Assembly (NCBI GenBank): GCA_963763115.1
Contig: CAVXNM010000058.1
Span: 7,856-71,855, forward strand
DNA from: an uncultured Gammaproteobacteria bacterium
GTDB lineage: Bacteria > Pseudomonadota > Gammaproteobacteria > UBA9214
DNA length: 64,000 nucleotides
Direction: 5' to 3'
Of the stretch, positions 1-18,131 are shown in pieces. A program made the translations under genes and the position numbers. Within the stretch, counting starts at the first letter, position 1. Each line of letters starts with the position of its first letter. Below the pieces are notes generated by a model that saw only the letters and a list, made by a program, of their open reading frames with translations, had not been told where the DNA came from and ran no database searches.

Positions 1-546
1 CAGCGTGACGCCGGTGAGAAACAGCGCCAGCAGGAACAGGTTTGCGCCAACCAGGCTGAACAGGTCCGACAGGCTGGACCCCACCACCCTGCCGAGTACG
101 CCTCCGGCGCCGGCTGGCATTGTGCCGGTGGGCAGCCCAAATTCCAGCGTGGCCAGTCCGCAGCCGGCGCCGACCGTCAGCAGAAATCCCGACCAGCGAA
201 TCGCCAGAATATGCAGATCGATACCGCCGCTGGGGGTACGCCCCCTGAAGACCAGCCAGCCGCTGTAGGCGATCATGACAGGCAACAGATAGGCGAGGTA
301 GCCGAACAGATACAGCAGGACGTCGGCCAGCCATGCCCCGACGACACCGCCGGCGTTGCGGATTTCTGCAACCGAACTGCTGTGCGACCAGCCCGGATCA
401 CCCGGAAAATAGCTGGCGAGGGATACCAGCAGGTAGATACCCAGCGTACCAAGTATGAGCAGGGCCCCCTCGCGCAAACCCCGCGTGACATGATGGGCCA
501 GTTTAGCTTTCTCTTCCTTTTTGCGTCGTGCCTGAGCCAAAATCAT
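1..546 (-). CDS. ftsK: DNA translocase FtsK, N-terminal membrane domain (partial, continues beyond left edge)
   Basis: Absent from the ORF track because it runs off the edge. Reverse complement from ATG at 546 reads MILAQARRKKEEKAKLAHHVTRGLREGALLILGTLGIYLLVSLASYFPGDPGWSHSS..NAGGVVGAWLADVLLYLFGYLAYLLP. This matches the polytopic FtsK N-terminal pattern (PxDPxWS ... GGxxGAWLAD). Its position near trxB matches enterobacterial synteny. Confidence 0.65.
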   Translation of the reverse strand, partial: MILAQARRKKEEKAKLAHHVTRGLREGALLILGTLGIYLLVSLASYFPGDPGWSHSSSVAEIRNAGGVVGAWLADVLLYLFGYLAYLLPVMIAYSGWLVFRGRTPSGGIDLHILAIRWSGFLLTVGAGCGLATLEFGLPTGTMPAGAGGVLGRVVGSSLSDLFSLVGANLFLLALFLTGVTL

Positions 547-598
547 CCTCTTTCGTAACTATGCGTGCCAATGCGCTAATTTAATTGCCTTTAGCAGC

Positions 599-1666
599 TC
601 AGGCAAACGTTTCTTTCAGTGCCGGGTGTCGAATCTCGCCGGCCTCGATATTGATCCCCCGGGTCAAGGGTTTGCAGGATTTCCAGTCCGGACGGGCGAG
701 CGCGAGAACATAGGGCAGCAGGGCGGCCGACAGAGCCTGTGAAGCGCTCCTGGGCACCGCCCCCGGCATATTGGTAACCGCAAAATGGATCACGCCTTCT
801 TCCTTGTAGGTCGGATTCTCGTAGGTGGTCGGCCGGGTGGTCTCGACACAGCCGCCCTGATCGACCGAGATATCGATCACTACCCCGCCGTCCTGCATGG
901 CGCTGATCATCTGTCGGGTAACGATATGCGGCGCGCGGGCGCCGGTCTTCAGCACGGCGCCGATCACAATATCGGCGCGACTCACTTCGCGCGCCACGGC
1001 GTCTTCGTAAGGGTAGAGACCGGTCACGTTGTTACCCAGGGCGCGCATTGCCGCCAGATGATCCCGGTTTATGTCGAACACCACCACCTCGGCACCGGCT
1101 GCGGCGGCAAGCACGGCGGCATTGCCGCCTGCCGTGCCGGCACCGAGAATGATCACGCGCCCGCGCTCGGCGGCCGGCAGGCCGCCGAGCAACAGGCCCT
1201 TGCCGCCATGGGTTTGATGCAGCAGACAGGTTCCGACCTGGGTGGCAATACGGCCGGCGATATCGCTCATCGGAGCGAGCAGCGGCAACCGGCCCGACGC
1301 CTCCTCGACCGTTTCGAAGGCGACGCCGGTCAAGCCGATTTCCTGCAGACGCTGGCCCAGCGCCGGCTCCGCGGCGAGGTGCAGGAAGGAGAACAGCAGG
1401 TGGTCTCTGTTCAGCAGCGCCAGTTCACTGGCCTGGGGTTCCTTCACCTTGAGGATCAGTTGTGCGGCGGCGTAGAGCTCGGACGGTCCGTCTGCCAGTT
1501 CGACCCCGATCGCCGCATAATGCTCATCGCCGTATCCGGACAAGACGCCGGCGCCCCGCTCAAGGATGACGGTGTGGCCGGCGCCGATCAGTTGCTTGCA
1601 GGCCTCGGGTATCATGGCAACCCGCCCTTCCATGGCTTTAATTTCTCGCGGAATGCCTATACGCAT
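599..1666 (-). CDS. ald: alanine dehydrogenase
   Basis: MRIGIPREIKAMEGRVAMIPEA.. N-terminus, Rossmann motif VIILGAGTAGGNAA, length about 355 aa. Start placed at the MRIG methionine, 5 codons inside ORF 599..1681. Confidence 0.85.
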   Translation of the reverse strand: MRIGIPREIKAMEGRVAMIPEACKQLIGAGHTVILERGAGVLSGYGDEHYAAIGVELADGPSELYAAAQLILKVKEPQASELALLNRDHLLFSFLHLAAEPALGQRLQEIGLTGVAFETVEEASGRLPLLAPMSDIAGRIATQVGTCLLHQTHGGKGLLLGGLPAAERGRVIILGAGTAGGNAAVLAAAAGAEVVVFDINRDHLAAMRALGNNVTGLYPYEDAVAREVSRADIVIGAVLKTGARAPHIVTRQMISAMQDGGVVIDISVDQGGCVETTRPTTYENPTYKEEGVIHFAVTNMPGAVPRSASQALSAALLPYVLALARPDWKSCKPLTRGINIEAGEIRHPALKETFA

Positions 1667-1686
1667 GCTTGCTTTACCCATCCTGA

Positions 1687-2781
<1,095 letters not shown>

Positions 2782-2881
2782 CCTGAAGTGCGATCCTGCG
2801 GGTAGCGGCCACCCGGTGAGCTTCGCTTCCGCAGTTTGCGCCCGGGCCGGAAGACGGGAATACTCCCGCCGGGAATAATGC

Positions 2882-4036
2882 ATGCGCGCCGAGATTATTA
2901 ACCGGCTGGAGGATATTCCCTGCGCACAGTGGAACCGGGTGGCGGGCAGCGCGAATCCGTTCCTGCGCCACGAGTTCCTGGCTGCCCTCGAGCGTTACAA
3001 CTGCGTCGGCGAGGTCTATGGGTGGTATCCGCAGCATGTCGCGGTATTCGATGACACCGGCACCCTGGCGGGCGCCGCACCGCTCTATCTCAAGGATAAT
3101 TCCTACGGTGAATTCGTCTTCGACTGGTCCTGGGCGGAAGCCTATCATCGCGCCGGTAAACCCTATTACCCCAAGCTGGTCTCCGCCATACCGTATACCC
3201 CTGCGACCGGACCGCGCCTGCTGGTCAGGGACGATGTCGATCGCACCTTGGTCAGGGACCTGCTCGTCGACAAGGCGCTTGGGCTGGCGGCGCAGATAGG
3301 CTGCTCATCGCTGCACTGGCTGTTTACCGACAGCGAGGACACGGACACCCTGCTCCGGCATGGCTTGATGCGTCGCACCGGCTGCCATTTTCACTGGCAT
3401 GACGACGGCTACCGCTCATTCGAGGATTTCCTCTCCTGTCTGAGTTCACGCAAGCGCAAAAAGATCCGCCGCGAAAGGCGCTTCGTCGAGGAGGCCGGTA
3501 TCCGTATGGAGATTGTCCACGGGCACGAAGCCAGCGAGGCGCAGTGGCTGATCATGCACGACTTCTACCGCTCCACGTTCGAGAAGAAATCAGGCATGCC
3601 AACCCTGTCGCTGGATTTCTTTCTCGATATCAGCCGCAGCATGGGCCGGCAGATCGTGCTGGTATTCGCCTGGCTGGATCAGCAGGCGGTCGCCGGCGCC
3701 ATCAACCTGCGCAGTGACACGGCGCTCTTTGGACGGCACTGGGGCTGCACAGGACACTATCACAGCCTGCACTTCGAGACCTGTTATTACCAGGGCATCG
3801 AGTACTGCATCGGGAACCGGCTGATCCTTTTCGAACCGGGCGCACAGGGCGAACACAAGATCAGCCGCGGCTTCCTGCCGACGCTGACCTGGTCGGCTCA
3901 CTGGGTAGCGGACCCGTTCTTTCGCGAAGCGATTGAGCGGTTTCTGAACCGGGAGCATGAACTGATGCTTGAATACCGGGATGATATGCGCCGATATTCA
4001 CCCTACAGCGCATCCGGCGCGGAGTCTGATGCATGA
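2882..4036 (+). CDS. FemAB/BioF2-like N-acyltransferase family protein (COG3146/DUF482 type)
   Basis: 384 aa. The opening ..[27 protein letters not shown].. and overall layout recall the DUF482 family. ATGA overlap with aat suggests co-translation. Confidence 0.55.
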   Translation: MRAEIINRLEDIPCAQWNRVAGSANPFLRHEFLAALERYNCVGEVYGWYPQHVAVFDDTGTLAGAAPLYLKDNSYGEFVFDWSWAEAYHRAGKPYYPKLVSAIPYTPATGPRLLVRDDVDRTLVRDLLVDKALGLAAQIGCSSLHWLFTDSEDTDTLLRHGLMRRTGCHFHWHDDGYRSFEDFLSCLSSRKRKKIRRERRFVEEAGIRMEIVHGHEASEAQWLIMHDFYRSTFEKKSGMPTLSLDFFLDISRSMGRQIVLVFAWLDQQAVAGAINLRSDTALFGRHWGCTGHYHSLHFETCYYQGIEYCIGNRLILFEPGAQGEHKISRGFLPTLTWSAHWVADPFFREAIERFLNREHELMLEYRDDMRRYSPYSASGAESDA

Positions 4037-4764
4037 CGACGCTGCGTGGCACCGCGCCATTCTGGCTGGATCCCGAAAATCAGGATATCACCTTCCCGGC
4101 TGCGGAACTGGCACTGAAAGAACCGGATGGTCTACTCGCCATAGGCGGGGATCTTTCCATCGCGCGCCTGCTCAACGCCTATGTCAACGGGATCTTTCCC
4201 TGGTTTGGTCCTGGGCAGCCCATCCTGTGGTGGTCGCCGGATCCACGTGTCGTGCTGCGACCGGAGACCGTGCACATTTCCCGCAGCCTGCAAAAGACGT
4301 TGAGAAAACGCCTGTTCAGGGTAACGCTCGATGAGGCCTTCGAAGCGGTTATCGACAACTGCGCCGCACCTCGCGACAATGCGAGCGGCACCTGGATTAC
4401 CCCGGAAATGACGACGGCTTACCTGGAACTGCATCGCCAGGGATACGCCCACTCGGTGGAATCCTGGCAGGACAAGCGGCTGGTCGGTGGCCTGTACGGT
4501 GTTTCGATCGGGCGGGTATTTTTCGGGGAATCGATGTTCGCGCACGCCAGCGACGCCTCGAAGGTCGCGCTGGCAACCCTGGCGCGGCAATTAAGTCACT
4601 GGGGCTTCCCCCTGATTGATTGCCAGGTTCATACCCTTCATCTCCAGAGCCTGGGTGCCATACCCCTGCCCCGAAAGGAGTTTATCGGTATCCTGGATAC
4701 GGCATGCTCCCTGGCCCCGCCACCATCACCCTGGCGGTTCGGGCAGAATTTCGCGTTTTTCTAG
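4033..4764 (+). CDS. aat: leucyl/phenylalanyl-tRNA--protein transferase
   Basis: 243 aa; [38 protein letters not shown] and [16 protein letters not shown] motifs typical of Aat. Conserved aat-infA-clpA neighbourhood. Confidence 0.9.
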   Translation: MTTLRGTAPFWLDPENQDITFPAAELALKEPDGLLAIGGDLSIARLLNAYVNGIFPWFGPGQPILWWSPDPRVVLRPETVHISRSLQKTLRKRLFRVTLDEAFEAVIDNCAAPRDNASGTWITPEMTTAYLELHRQGYAHSVESWQDKRLVGGLYGVSIGRVFFGESMFAHASDASKVALATLARQLSHWGFPLIDCQVHTLHLQSLGAIPLPRKEFIGILDTACSLAPPPSPWRFGQNFAFF

Positions 4765-4874
4765 CCCGTCCGTCCGGTGTTGTTCTCACCGGGAATAACG
4801 ATTTTTTCCTCTCGGACCTTCCGTGTATAATGCAGCGCCAATTCGCCCATAATGAGTGCCAAGAAACGAATTCT

Positions 4875-5093
4875 ATGTCTAAGGAAGAACATATCGAAAT
4901 GGAGGGGACCGTGATCGAGACGCTTCCCAATACGATGTTCCGTGTCCAGCTGGAAAACGGACACGTGGTGACCGCACACATCTCGGGAAAGATGAGAAAG
5001 CACTATATCCGGATATTGCGGGGGGACAAGGTGACCGTCGAGATGACACCCTACGATCTGAGCAAGGCGCGTATTACCTATCGCGCACGCTGA
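4875..5093 (+). CDS. infA: translation initiation factor IF-1
   Basis: 72 aa [72 protein letters not shown], near-identical to canonical IF-1. Start is internal to ORF 4620..5093. Confidence 0.95.
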   Translation: MSKEEHIEMEGTVIETLPNTMFRVQLENGHVVTAHISGKMRKHYIRILRGDKVTVEMTPYDLSKARITYRAR

Positions 5094-5115
5094 AGTCTGG
5101 CATTACTTGCCGCAC

Positions 5116-7371
<2,256 letters not shown>

Positions 7372-7392
7372 GGCGATACCCCGGCCATCTGG

Positions 7393-7713
7393 CTAGACCT
7401 CCTCCATGCTGCATAACAGGGGATGCTGGTGACGTCTTGCATATTCATTGGCCTGTGCAACCTTGGTTTCCGCAATTTCGTGCGTGTATATGCCGCAGAC
7501 TCCCCTGCCCTGCGTATGCACGTGCAACATGACACGTGTCGCCTTTTCCCGGTCCATGCCGAAAAGCTTCTCCAGCAGCATGACGACGAATTCCATGGGC
7601 GTGAAGTCATCGTTCAGCAGAACCACCTTGTACATGGGTGGTTCCCTGAGTTCCGGCCGGACTTCCTTTAGCGCCAGGCCTTCCTCGTCACTGCTCCGGC
7701 GTTCGTCTGTCAT
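7393..7713 (-). CDS. clpS: ATP-dependent Clp protease adapter ClpS
   Basis: 106 aa; [27 protein letters not shown] core, located directly upstream of clpA. Confidence 0.95.
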   Translation of the reverse strand: MTDERRSSDEEGLALKEVRPELREPPMYKVVLLNDDFTPMEFVVMLLEKLFGMDREKATRVMLHVHTQGRGVCGIYTHEIAETKVAQANEYARRHQHPLLCSMEEV

Positions 7714-8058
7714 GGCTGCAATACCAGTCTAACAGGTGTACGTGACGTCATGGGTTCCGGCCTGGTCTCCTTATGGTCAAGAATATCAGCGCAAACTCGC
7801 CGATACATATGACTGGATATATTATAGAACCGAAAGCGGCGCAATATAAACCACAGCCAGCCTGTGCAATGAATCGGCAAGGGAATTGCCTACTTGACTC
7901 AGGATAATGGACACAATTAACTTATTAACCGCGCGGTCGGGTTCCGGCCGGCGGGGGAGGATAATCCGGGGTGTTCTCGACCGGGAGCGGCCGGTGATGC
8001 CTGTAGACAGGAATGACGGATGACATACCGTCAGGGGCATGTTTCAGGAAGGGATAAT

Positions 8059-8268
8059 ATGGCAATTGGTACAGTGAAGTGGTTCAGCAATTCCAAGGGT
8101 TATGGCTTTATATCTCCGGACGAAGGTGGTGAAGATGTCTTTGCGCATTTCTCGGCCATTCAGATGGACGGGTACAAGACCCTGAACGAAGGCCAGAAGG
8201 TACAATTCGAAATCACCGAAGGGCCAAAGGGATTGCAGGCCGCAAACATCATGGCGGCCGAGCAATAA
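8059..8268 (+). CDS. cspD: cold-shock domain protein (CspD-like)
   Basis: 69 aa [34 protein letters not shown] with RNP1/RNP2 motifs. Divergent from clpS as in E. coli cspD. Start is internal to ORF 8020..8268. Confidence 0.8.
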   Translation: MAIGTVKWFSNSKGYGFISPDEGGEDVFAHFSAIQMDGYKTLNEGQKVQFEITEGPKGLQAANIMAAEQ

Positions 8269-8308
8269 CTTACCGGCGCGTTCCTTCGCGCCCGATCGCT
8301 GAGGTTAT

Positions 8309-8329
8309 CCCACGCCGTTCAGGCGTGGG
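8309..8329 (+). terminator. hairpin between convergent cspD and icd (possible terminator)
   Basis: CCCACGCC-gttca-GGCGTGGG, an 8-bp stem followed by ttaatat. It overlaps the icd stop codon. The U-tract is weak. Confidence 0.35.
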
Positions 8330-9575
8330 TTAATATGGCTTCACCAAACTGTGAACAACTGATTTTGGTGGCGCCTTCCATAAGGCGTGCCAAATCATAG
8401 GTCACCGTCCCGGCGGAGATCGCGCCCGACACGCCCTTGATGATCCTGTCGGCGGCCTCCTGCCATCCCAGGTGTCTCAACATCATCTCCGCGGACAAAA
8501 CAAGTGAAGCCGGATTAACCATGTCCTTCCCGGCATACTTGGGTGCCGTCCCGTGCGTGGCTTCGAACAAACCGACACTGTCAGACAGGTTGGCGCCCGG
8601 CGCCATGCCAATACCCCCGACCTGCGCGGCCAGTGCATCGGAAATATAGTCCCCGTTCAGATTAAGCGTCGCAATAACGCTGTAATCCTCCGGGCGAAGC
8701 AGAATCTGCTGCAGGAAAGCATCGGCGATCACATCCTTGATAATGATCTCCCGGCCGGTCCCGGGGTTCTCAAAACGACACCAGGGACCGTCGTCAAGGT
8801 CGGTCGCACCGAATTCTTCCCTGGCGAGTTCATATCCCCAGTTCTTGAAGGCGCCTTCGGTGAATTTCATGATGTTGCCCTTGTGAACCAGGGTAACCGA
8901 CGGGCGGTCCTGATCGATGGCGTACTGTATCGCCTTGCGCACCAGACGCCTGGTGCCTTCTTCCGATACCGGTTTGATGCCGATTGCGGAACTTGTCGGG
9001 AAGCGGATCTTTTTCACGCCCATCTCGTTCTGCAGGAAATCGATGACCTTCCTGACTTCTTCACTGCCGGCTTCCCACTCGATGCCAGCGTAGATGTCCT
9101 CGGAATTTTCGCGGAAAATCACCATATCGGTTTTTTCAGGCTCCCTGAGCGGGCTGGGCGTGCCTTCAAAATAGCGCACCGGTCGTTGACAGACGTAAAG
9201 ATCGAGTTCCTGCCGCATCGAGACATTCAGGGAGCGGATGCCGCCGCCGACCGGCGTCGTCAGCGGACCCTTGATCGCGATCGAGAAGTCGCGAATGGCA
9301 TCCAGGGTTTCTTCCGGCAACCAGGTATTCTCGCCGTAGACCTCGTTGGCTTTCTCTCCGGCATAGATCTCCAACCAGGCAATGGATCGCTCCCCTGCAT
9401 AGGCGCGCTCAACGACGGCATCCACCACCTGTCTCATGACCGGTGTAATGTCCACCCCGATGCCATCTCCCTCGATAAAAGGGATGATCGGGCAGTTTGG
9501 CACCATCAATGTGCCTCCAGGCCTGACCTGTATCCTCTCCCCGCTTGCCGGGACCGCAATATGTTTGTACGTCAT
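8319..9575 (-). CDS. icd: NADP-dependent isocitrate dehydrogenase
   Basis: [35 protein letters not shown] and GSAPKYAG-like ..[15 protein letters not shown] motifs, about 418 aa. Start moved to M25 of ORF 8319..9647 because the extension contains the upstream gene's terminator. Confidence 0.9.
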   Translation of the reverse strand: MTYKHIAVPASGERIQVRPGGTLMVPNCPIIPFIEGDGIGVDITPVMRQVVDAVVERAYAGERSIAWLEIYAGEKANEVYGENTWLPEETLDAIRDFSIAIKGPLTTPVGGGIRSLNVSMRQELDLYVCQRPVRYFEGTPSPLREPEKTDMVIFRENSEDIYAGIEWEAGSEEVRKVIDFLQNEMGVKKIRFPTSSAIGIKPVSEEGTRRLVRKAIQYAIDQDRPSVTLVHKGNIMKFTEGAFKNWGYELAREEFGATDLDDGPWCRFENPGTGREIIIKDVIADAFLQQILLRPEDYSVIATLNLNGDYISDALAAQVGGIGMAPGANLSDSVGLFEATHGTAPKYAGKDMVNPASLVLSAEMMLRHLGWQEAADRIIKGVSGAISAGTVTYDLARLMEGATKISCSQFGEAILTHA

Positions 9576-9645
9576 GAAACCGTCCTTCAGTTGTGTAGTA
9601 GTGATGAATCCATTCTGCCGGCTGGAAAGTGTACAGGAGGTTGTC

Positions 9646-9678
9646 AAAAAAAAGACCCCTACCGATGGCAGGGGTCTC
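9646..9678 (-). terminator. rho-independent terminator of the 9730..10662 gene
   Basis: Minus strand reads AGACCCCT-gccatcggt-AGGGGTCT followed by a run of 8 T (A8 on the plus strand at 9646-9653). Confidence 0.8.
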
Positions 9679-9729
9679 TGTATTCACGCCTGCCGCCGCA
9701 TACGCGCCGGCATCAGGTTCGGTGGCTTG

Positions 9730-10662
9730 TTATTCCTCGCCGCCGGAGGCATTAATGAGTGCTTCCTCGATAGCGTTCGGTGAGCACATGATGCTGAAAA
9801 AGGTCCCACCGTTACTGCTGGCCACCATGGGCAGATGCGGCCAGTCGATGGCGATACGGAAACGTCCGTAGAGAGCCTCGGCCTCGTTGCCGTTGACCAG
9901 TATCTCATAGGGCAGGTGGGCGGTATGACGTGGCGTGCTCTTGTCGATACGGCTCATGATGAACTCGTCACCGCTGCAGTCCTCGGCGTTGACGCCCTTC
10001 AGGGCGACACCGAACACGGTCATCTCCTTGCCCTCCGGGGACTTGCCGGGAACGTCGATGCGGTAAACCTTGGCAGTCCCGCCCTTGCCGGCCGCAAGAG
10101 CAGCCTCGACAGCCTTGACGGCCTCGGCATGGTTGTCGTACTCGGCCAGATCACTGGGATCGTCGAAATATTCCATCATGACCGTATAGTGGTATTTACG
10201 CAGGTCTTCGGCCGTCAGATTCTTTTCGGACCCGAAATCCGATTCGGCACCGAGGGCGCCTTCCAGCTGGGCGCGAACATCAGCCAGATCGCTTGCCATA
10301 CGGTAAACAGCCGCCATGTACACCGGGTTGGTATAAGTGACCTCAACGTCATCGCCGTTCTTGGTAACGGCAACGCGCTGTGCCGCTCCGTAGCCGCCGC
10401 GATCGGATTTGGCGGCGTTAGCCTTCAGGGAATCGTTGGTGACCACGATGATGTCGGCGCCTGCATAGGGTGAATATTCACCGGCAATTTCGAATCCGGC
10501 ACCGGTGAGCTTGCCCTTGACGTCGGAAGCTACGGTAGAGACATCACCGGTTGTCTTGTAAGCCAGCACGAAAGGCTGCAGCACATCCGCCGCCATGGCA
10601 CTGCCGACAGACAAGGCACAGAAGATTCCTACCAGAATTGCTTTTTTCAGCATGGTCATCAT
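9730..10662 (-). CDS. secreted protein of unknown function
   Basis: 310 aa; Sec-type signal MMTMLKKAILVGIFCALSVGSAMA/ADV. Strong SD GAGGAGG 8 nt upstream, own terminator. No family recognised. Confidence 0.6.
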   Translation of the reverse strand: MMTMLKKAILVGIFCALSVGSAMAADVLQPFVLAYKTTGDVSTVASDVKGKLTGAGFEIAGEYSPYAGADIIVVTNDSLKANAAKSDRGGYGAAQRVAVTKNGDDVEVTYTNPVYMAAVYRMASDLADVRAQLEGALGAESDFGSEKNLTAEDLRKYHYTVMMEYFDDPSDLAEYDNHAEAVKAVEAALAAGKGGTAKVYRIDVPGKSPEGKEMTVFGVALKGVNAEDCSGDEFIMSRIDKSTPRHTAHLPYEILVNGNEAEALYGRFRIAIDWPHLPMVASSNGGTFFSIMCSPNAIEEALINASGGEE

Positions 10663-11094
10663 TACCCACTCCTCCTCAACAGGCTTATTTGACGTTTAGT
10701 ATTTGTATGTCTTTAACATTTTATGCAGCAGCGCAAGCCCGCACGGGGCGCCGCGATGCGGAAATGAAGTCCGGATTATAGGTGAATCGCCGGTGTTGTG
10801 CGAGTGCCATTTAGCACACCGGCAGATCTTGACTGATTATGGTCCCTGCGTTCACCTGTGAACCTGCCCAGGTCATGCCAAACCAGCTCAGAATTTGTCA
10901 TAAGGATCCGTATGCCTGCAATCGCCTCGTCAAATAGCGCCCGCTCTTCTTCTCTAATCTGCGCACCCTGCTCCCGCCCTGCAACTCCTTGCATTATTCA
11001 TCATGATTCGGACAAACTCATCACGCGGCGTGAATTGGTCATTTTCCTTGCCTGCATGCCACAATGTAATCATAACTAATTGTAAATAAAATAA

Positions 11095-11541
11095 ATGATC
11101 TGGACGCCACATGTAACCGTCGCCGCCGTAATTGAACAGGACGGGCGTTTTCTCCTGGTTCAGGAACGGGAGTCCGGACGCACCGTGTTCAATCAACCCG
11201 CAGGACACCTTGAGGATAGAGAGAGCCTGGTCGCGGCCGTTATCAGGGAAACCCTCGAAGAGACTGGCTGGCACTTCCAGCCTGACGCAGTCATCGGGAT
11301 GTACCGATGGCGCCACCCGGCAAAGAGCATAACCTACCTGCGTGTGACCTTTGCCGGCTCGGGCCTTAGCCACGATGTCGACCGGCCGCTTGACGAGGCG
11401 ATTGAAGACACCCTCTGGTTGAGTCTCGGCGAGATTCGCCGGCAGGCTGAAATGCTGCGCAGTCCGCTGGTGTTGAGATCGATAGAGGACTACCTGGCGG
11501 GAACACGTTACCCGCTGTCGTTACTCGCGGACATTGAATAA
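11095..11541 (+). CDS. NUDIX hydrolase
   Basis: 148 aa; NUDIX box GHLEDRESLVAAVIRETLEETG. Lies upstream of mnmA, like nudJ in enterics. Confidence 0.85.
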   Translation: MIWTPHVTVAAVIEQDGRFLLVQERESGRTVFNQPAGHLEDRESLVAAVIRETLEETGWHFQPDAVIGMYRWRHPAKSITYLRVTFAGSGLSHDVDRPLDEAIEDTLWLSLGEIRRQAEMLRSPLVLRSIEDYLAGTRYPLSLLADIE

Positions 11542-12136
11542 GCTCCTGCGCATGATTCTGCCATTGACATTCCTGCCGTCAGGACCGCAGGCAGCGCCGT
11601 ATTTCATGCCTCTCGACAGGATCACGGTACCGACCCTGGAACACTACAGCGTCTGCTACGACCACAGCTGCACAACGGTCGTTACCGACGCCCTCTCGCA
11701 GGCTGAATGGGACATGGCCACTCAAGCACTGAAAAACCCGTTGACGACAGCGGCGGAAGAACGCCTGGCCATTGCCCGGGCCATTGCCCTCTTCGAGGAG
11801 ATCGTCGGCCGGCATACCGGGACCTACCGCGACAAGGGAAGAAATCTGCGCGGTTTCGGTCAACCCGGGCAACTCGACTGTATCGATGAATCCACCAACA
11901 CCACCACCTATCTGCGCCTGCTGGAGCGCGCCGGTCTGCTGCGCCATCATCGGGTTCTCAAACGCTCGACCCGCTTCGGGCTGTTTATCGGCATGCCGCA
12001 CACAACCGCGGTCATCGAGGATACCGGAACCGGAGACCGGTACGCCGTTGACTCCTGGTTCCTGGACAACGGCCAGCCGCCCTACATCGCAAGGCTCGAG
12101 ATCTGGAAGGACGGCGGCGAACCCGACAATGAATGA
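11534..12136 (+). CDS. hypothetical protein (possible exported protein)
   Basis: 200 aa; 8-nt overlap with the NUDIX gene, hydrophobic N-terminus MNKLLRMILPLTFLPSGPQAA. No family recognised. Confidence 0.5.
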   Translation: MNKLLRMILPLTFLPSGPQAAPYFMPLDRITVPTLEHYSVCYDHSCTTVVTDALSQAEWDMATQALKNPLTTAAEERLAIARAIALFEEIVGRHTGTYRDKGRNLRGFGQPGQLDCIDESTNTTTYLRLLERAGLLRHHRVLKRSTRFGLFIGMPHTTAVIEDTGTGDRYAVDSWFLDNGQPPYIARLEIWKDGGEPDNE

Positions 12137-12169
12137 AAGACGTTTGCGTCAGTACCGGGTCATAGGGAA

Positions 12170-13246
12170 ATGAGCCAGGTCGTCGTTGGATTATCCGGGG
12201 GCGTGGATTCCGCAGTCGCCGCGCTGCTGCTCAAGCAGGCAGGCCACCGGCTGACTGCCGTCTTCATGAAAAACTGGGATGACGATGACGATCAAGTCTA
12301 TTGTCCGGCCAAACAGGACCTGCAGGACGCCCGCAGTGTCTGCGAACGCCTGGACATTGGATTGCAGACGGTCAGCTTCTCGGCGGACTACTGGAATCGC
12401 GTCTTCAGGCACTTCCTGGATGAATACCAGGCCGGGCGCACGCCGAATCCTGATATCCTGTGCAATCAGGAAATCAAATTCCGCGCCTTTCTCGATTACG
12501 CGCTGGATCACGGCGCCGACGCCATCGCGACCGGCCACTATACCCGGCTTGAAAATAACGGCACGACACGCATGTTAAGGGCAGTGGACGACAGAAAGGA
12601 CCAGACCTACTTCCTGCACACCCTGAACCAGTCGCAGCTCGAACGCAGTCTTTTTCCGATTGGTCATCTGAAGAAGGCGGTGGTGCGCGAACTGGCCGCA
12701 CAGGCCGGGTTTCAGAATCACGACAAGAAGGACAGCACCGGAATCTGTTTCATCGGCGAGCGAAAATTCCGTGATTTCCTGGAGCGCTACCTGCCGCGAC
12801 GGCCGGGTGAAATCAGGACGCTGGATGACGAGATCATCGGCCGTCACCATGGGCTGATGTTTTATACCATCGGTCAGCGGGAGGGACTGGGGATCGGCGG
12901 GAGAAAAGGGACGAACGGCGACCCGTGGTATGTCGCAAGCAAGGATCCGGGACGCAATATCCTGTACGTCGTTCAGGGCGTAAATCACCCGGCGCTTTTC
13001 AACCGGCGCCTGCGCACCGGGAGGTTGCACTGGATCGCCGGATCCTCCCCGACGCTGCCACTCGCCTGCACCGCCCGTATCCGCTACCGGCAGCCGGACG
13101 TACCCTGTCTTGTTACCCGCGGCCCGGAGGACACCGGCATTGTCGAATTTCGTGATCCGCAACGCGCGGTCACACCGGGACAATCGGTGGTGTTCTACGA
13201 TGGCGAGGTCTGCCTGGGCGGAGGTGTTATCGAGGTCGCCTTGTAG
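12170..13246 (+). CDS. mnmA: tRNA 2-thiouridine(34) synthase MnmA
   Basis: 358 aa; PP-loop VVVGLSGGVDSAVAALLL, ..TPNPDILCNQEIKF.., DSTGICFIGER motifs. Confidence 0.95.
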   Translation: MSQVVVGLSGGVDSAVAALLLKQAGHRLTAVFMKNWDDDDDQVYCPAKQDLQDARSVCERLDIGLQTVSFSADYWNRVFRHFLDEYQAGRTPNPDILCNQEIKFRAFLDYALDHGADAIATGHYTRLENNGTTRMLRAVDDRKDQTYFLHTLNQSQLERSLFPIGHLKKAVVRELAAQAGFQNHDKKDSTGICFIGERKFRDFLERYLPRRPGEIRTLDDEIIGRHHGLMFYTIGQREGLGIGGRKGTNGDPWYVASKDPGRNILYVVQGVNHPALFNRRLRTGRLHWIAGSSPTLPLACTARIRYRQPDVPCLVTRGPEDTGIVEFRDPQRAVTPGQSVVFYDGEVCLGGGVIEVAL

Positions 13247-13283
13247 CGGTGAATAACAGGACGTCAGGGATGAACTCCAGATC

Positions 13284-13919
13284 ATGAATGCGAATCCGCG
13301 ACATCTTGCCATCGCCCTGGCCGGACTGTTTCAGGCGGTCAGGCTGGTACAGCAGACCGCGACCGGCAGGTACCGCGACAACGCCGCCCTGGACGCCTGC
13401 CTCGCAGGGCTGTTCAACACGGCCCCGGCATCGGCGGATACCGTGTTCGATGGTCTTGACGGGATCCAGGCTGGGCTGGAAACTGCCCTCGACCAGATCG
13501 GCAGCCAGCGGGGGCGGCGTGATCTCGAACTGACGCGCTACGCTATCACCATACTTTACCTGGAACGCAAACTCGCCAGGCAGCCGGCCATGCTTGAGCA
13601 CATTCGTGCCGTTATCGATAAAACGCGCGGGCAGGCGGAATCGCAGGGCATGACGCACCCCGGCGTGCTCGCCAGCCTGGCTGATGCCTACAAGCACACC
13701 GTGAGCACGCTGCGCCCACAGGTGCTGGTCAACGGCAATCCGGGCATCCTCGGCAATCAGGACAACCAGAACCTGATTCGCACCCTGCTGCTGGCGGCCA
13801 TTCGCGCCGCGGTATTGTGGCGCCAGTGCGGCGGCCGGCGCCTGACGCTGTTACTGCGCCGAAAAGCCCTGCAGGAGACGCTCGAATCCTTGCTGAACGA
13901 GGCAAGAACAGGGCGCTGA
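13284..13919 (+). CDS. hflD: high frequency of lysogenization protein HflD
   Basis: 211 aa; LAIALAGLFQAVRLVQQTA opening typical of HflD. mnmA-hflD adjacency is conserved. Confidence 0.8.
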   Translation: MNANPRHLAIALAGLFQAVRLVQQTATGRYRDNAALDACLAGLFNTAPASADTVFDGLDGIQAGLETALDQIGSQRGRRDLELTRYAITILYLERKLARQPAMLEHIRAVIDKTRGQAESQGMTHPGVLASLADAYKHTVSTLRPQVLVNGNPGILGNQDNQNLIRTLLLAAIRAAVLWRQCGGRRLTLLLRRKALQETLESLLNEARTGR

Positions 13920-14042
13920 GCCCTCGCGGTCATCTGTTTGCATGTATAATCACCGCCTCCTGGCGGGGGGAGCCCATCGGGATGGATCACCGGATTAACG
14001 GGCGACGCCCTGACCAGCCATGTCATGTTCCCAGGAGACTCT

Positions 14043-16712
<2,670 letters not shown>

Positions 16713-16718
16713 CCCTGA

Positions 16719-18107
<1,389 letters not shown>

Positions 18108-18131
18108 CGGTCCCGGCCGGACCATGAACTG

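Noticed and set aside
9576-9647. 24-codon N-terminal extension of the icd ORF in the ORF track.
   Set aside because: The extension spans the rho-independent terminator of the upstream gene (9646-9678). The conserved Icd N-terminus begins at MTYKHIAVP.
10776-10994. 72-aa minus-strand ORF whose segment EEERALFDEAIAGIRIL resembles the N-terminus of SmrB-type proteins. It might be a gene remnant.
   Set aside because: The similarity is limited to about 15 residues recalled from memory. No Smr domain follows, and the ORF ends in low-complexity sequence. This is insufficient to call a gene or pseudogene.
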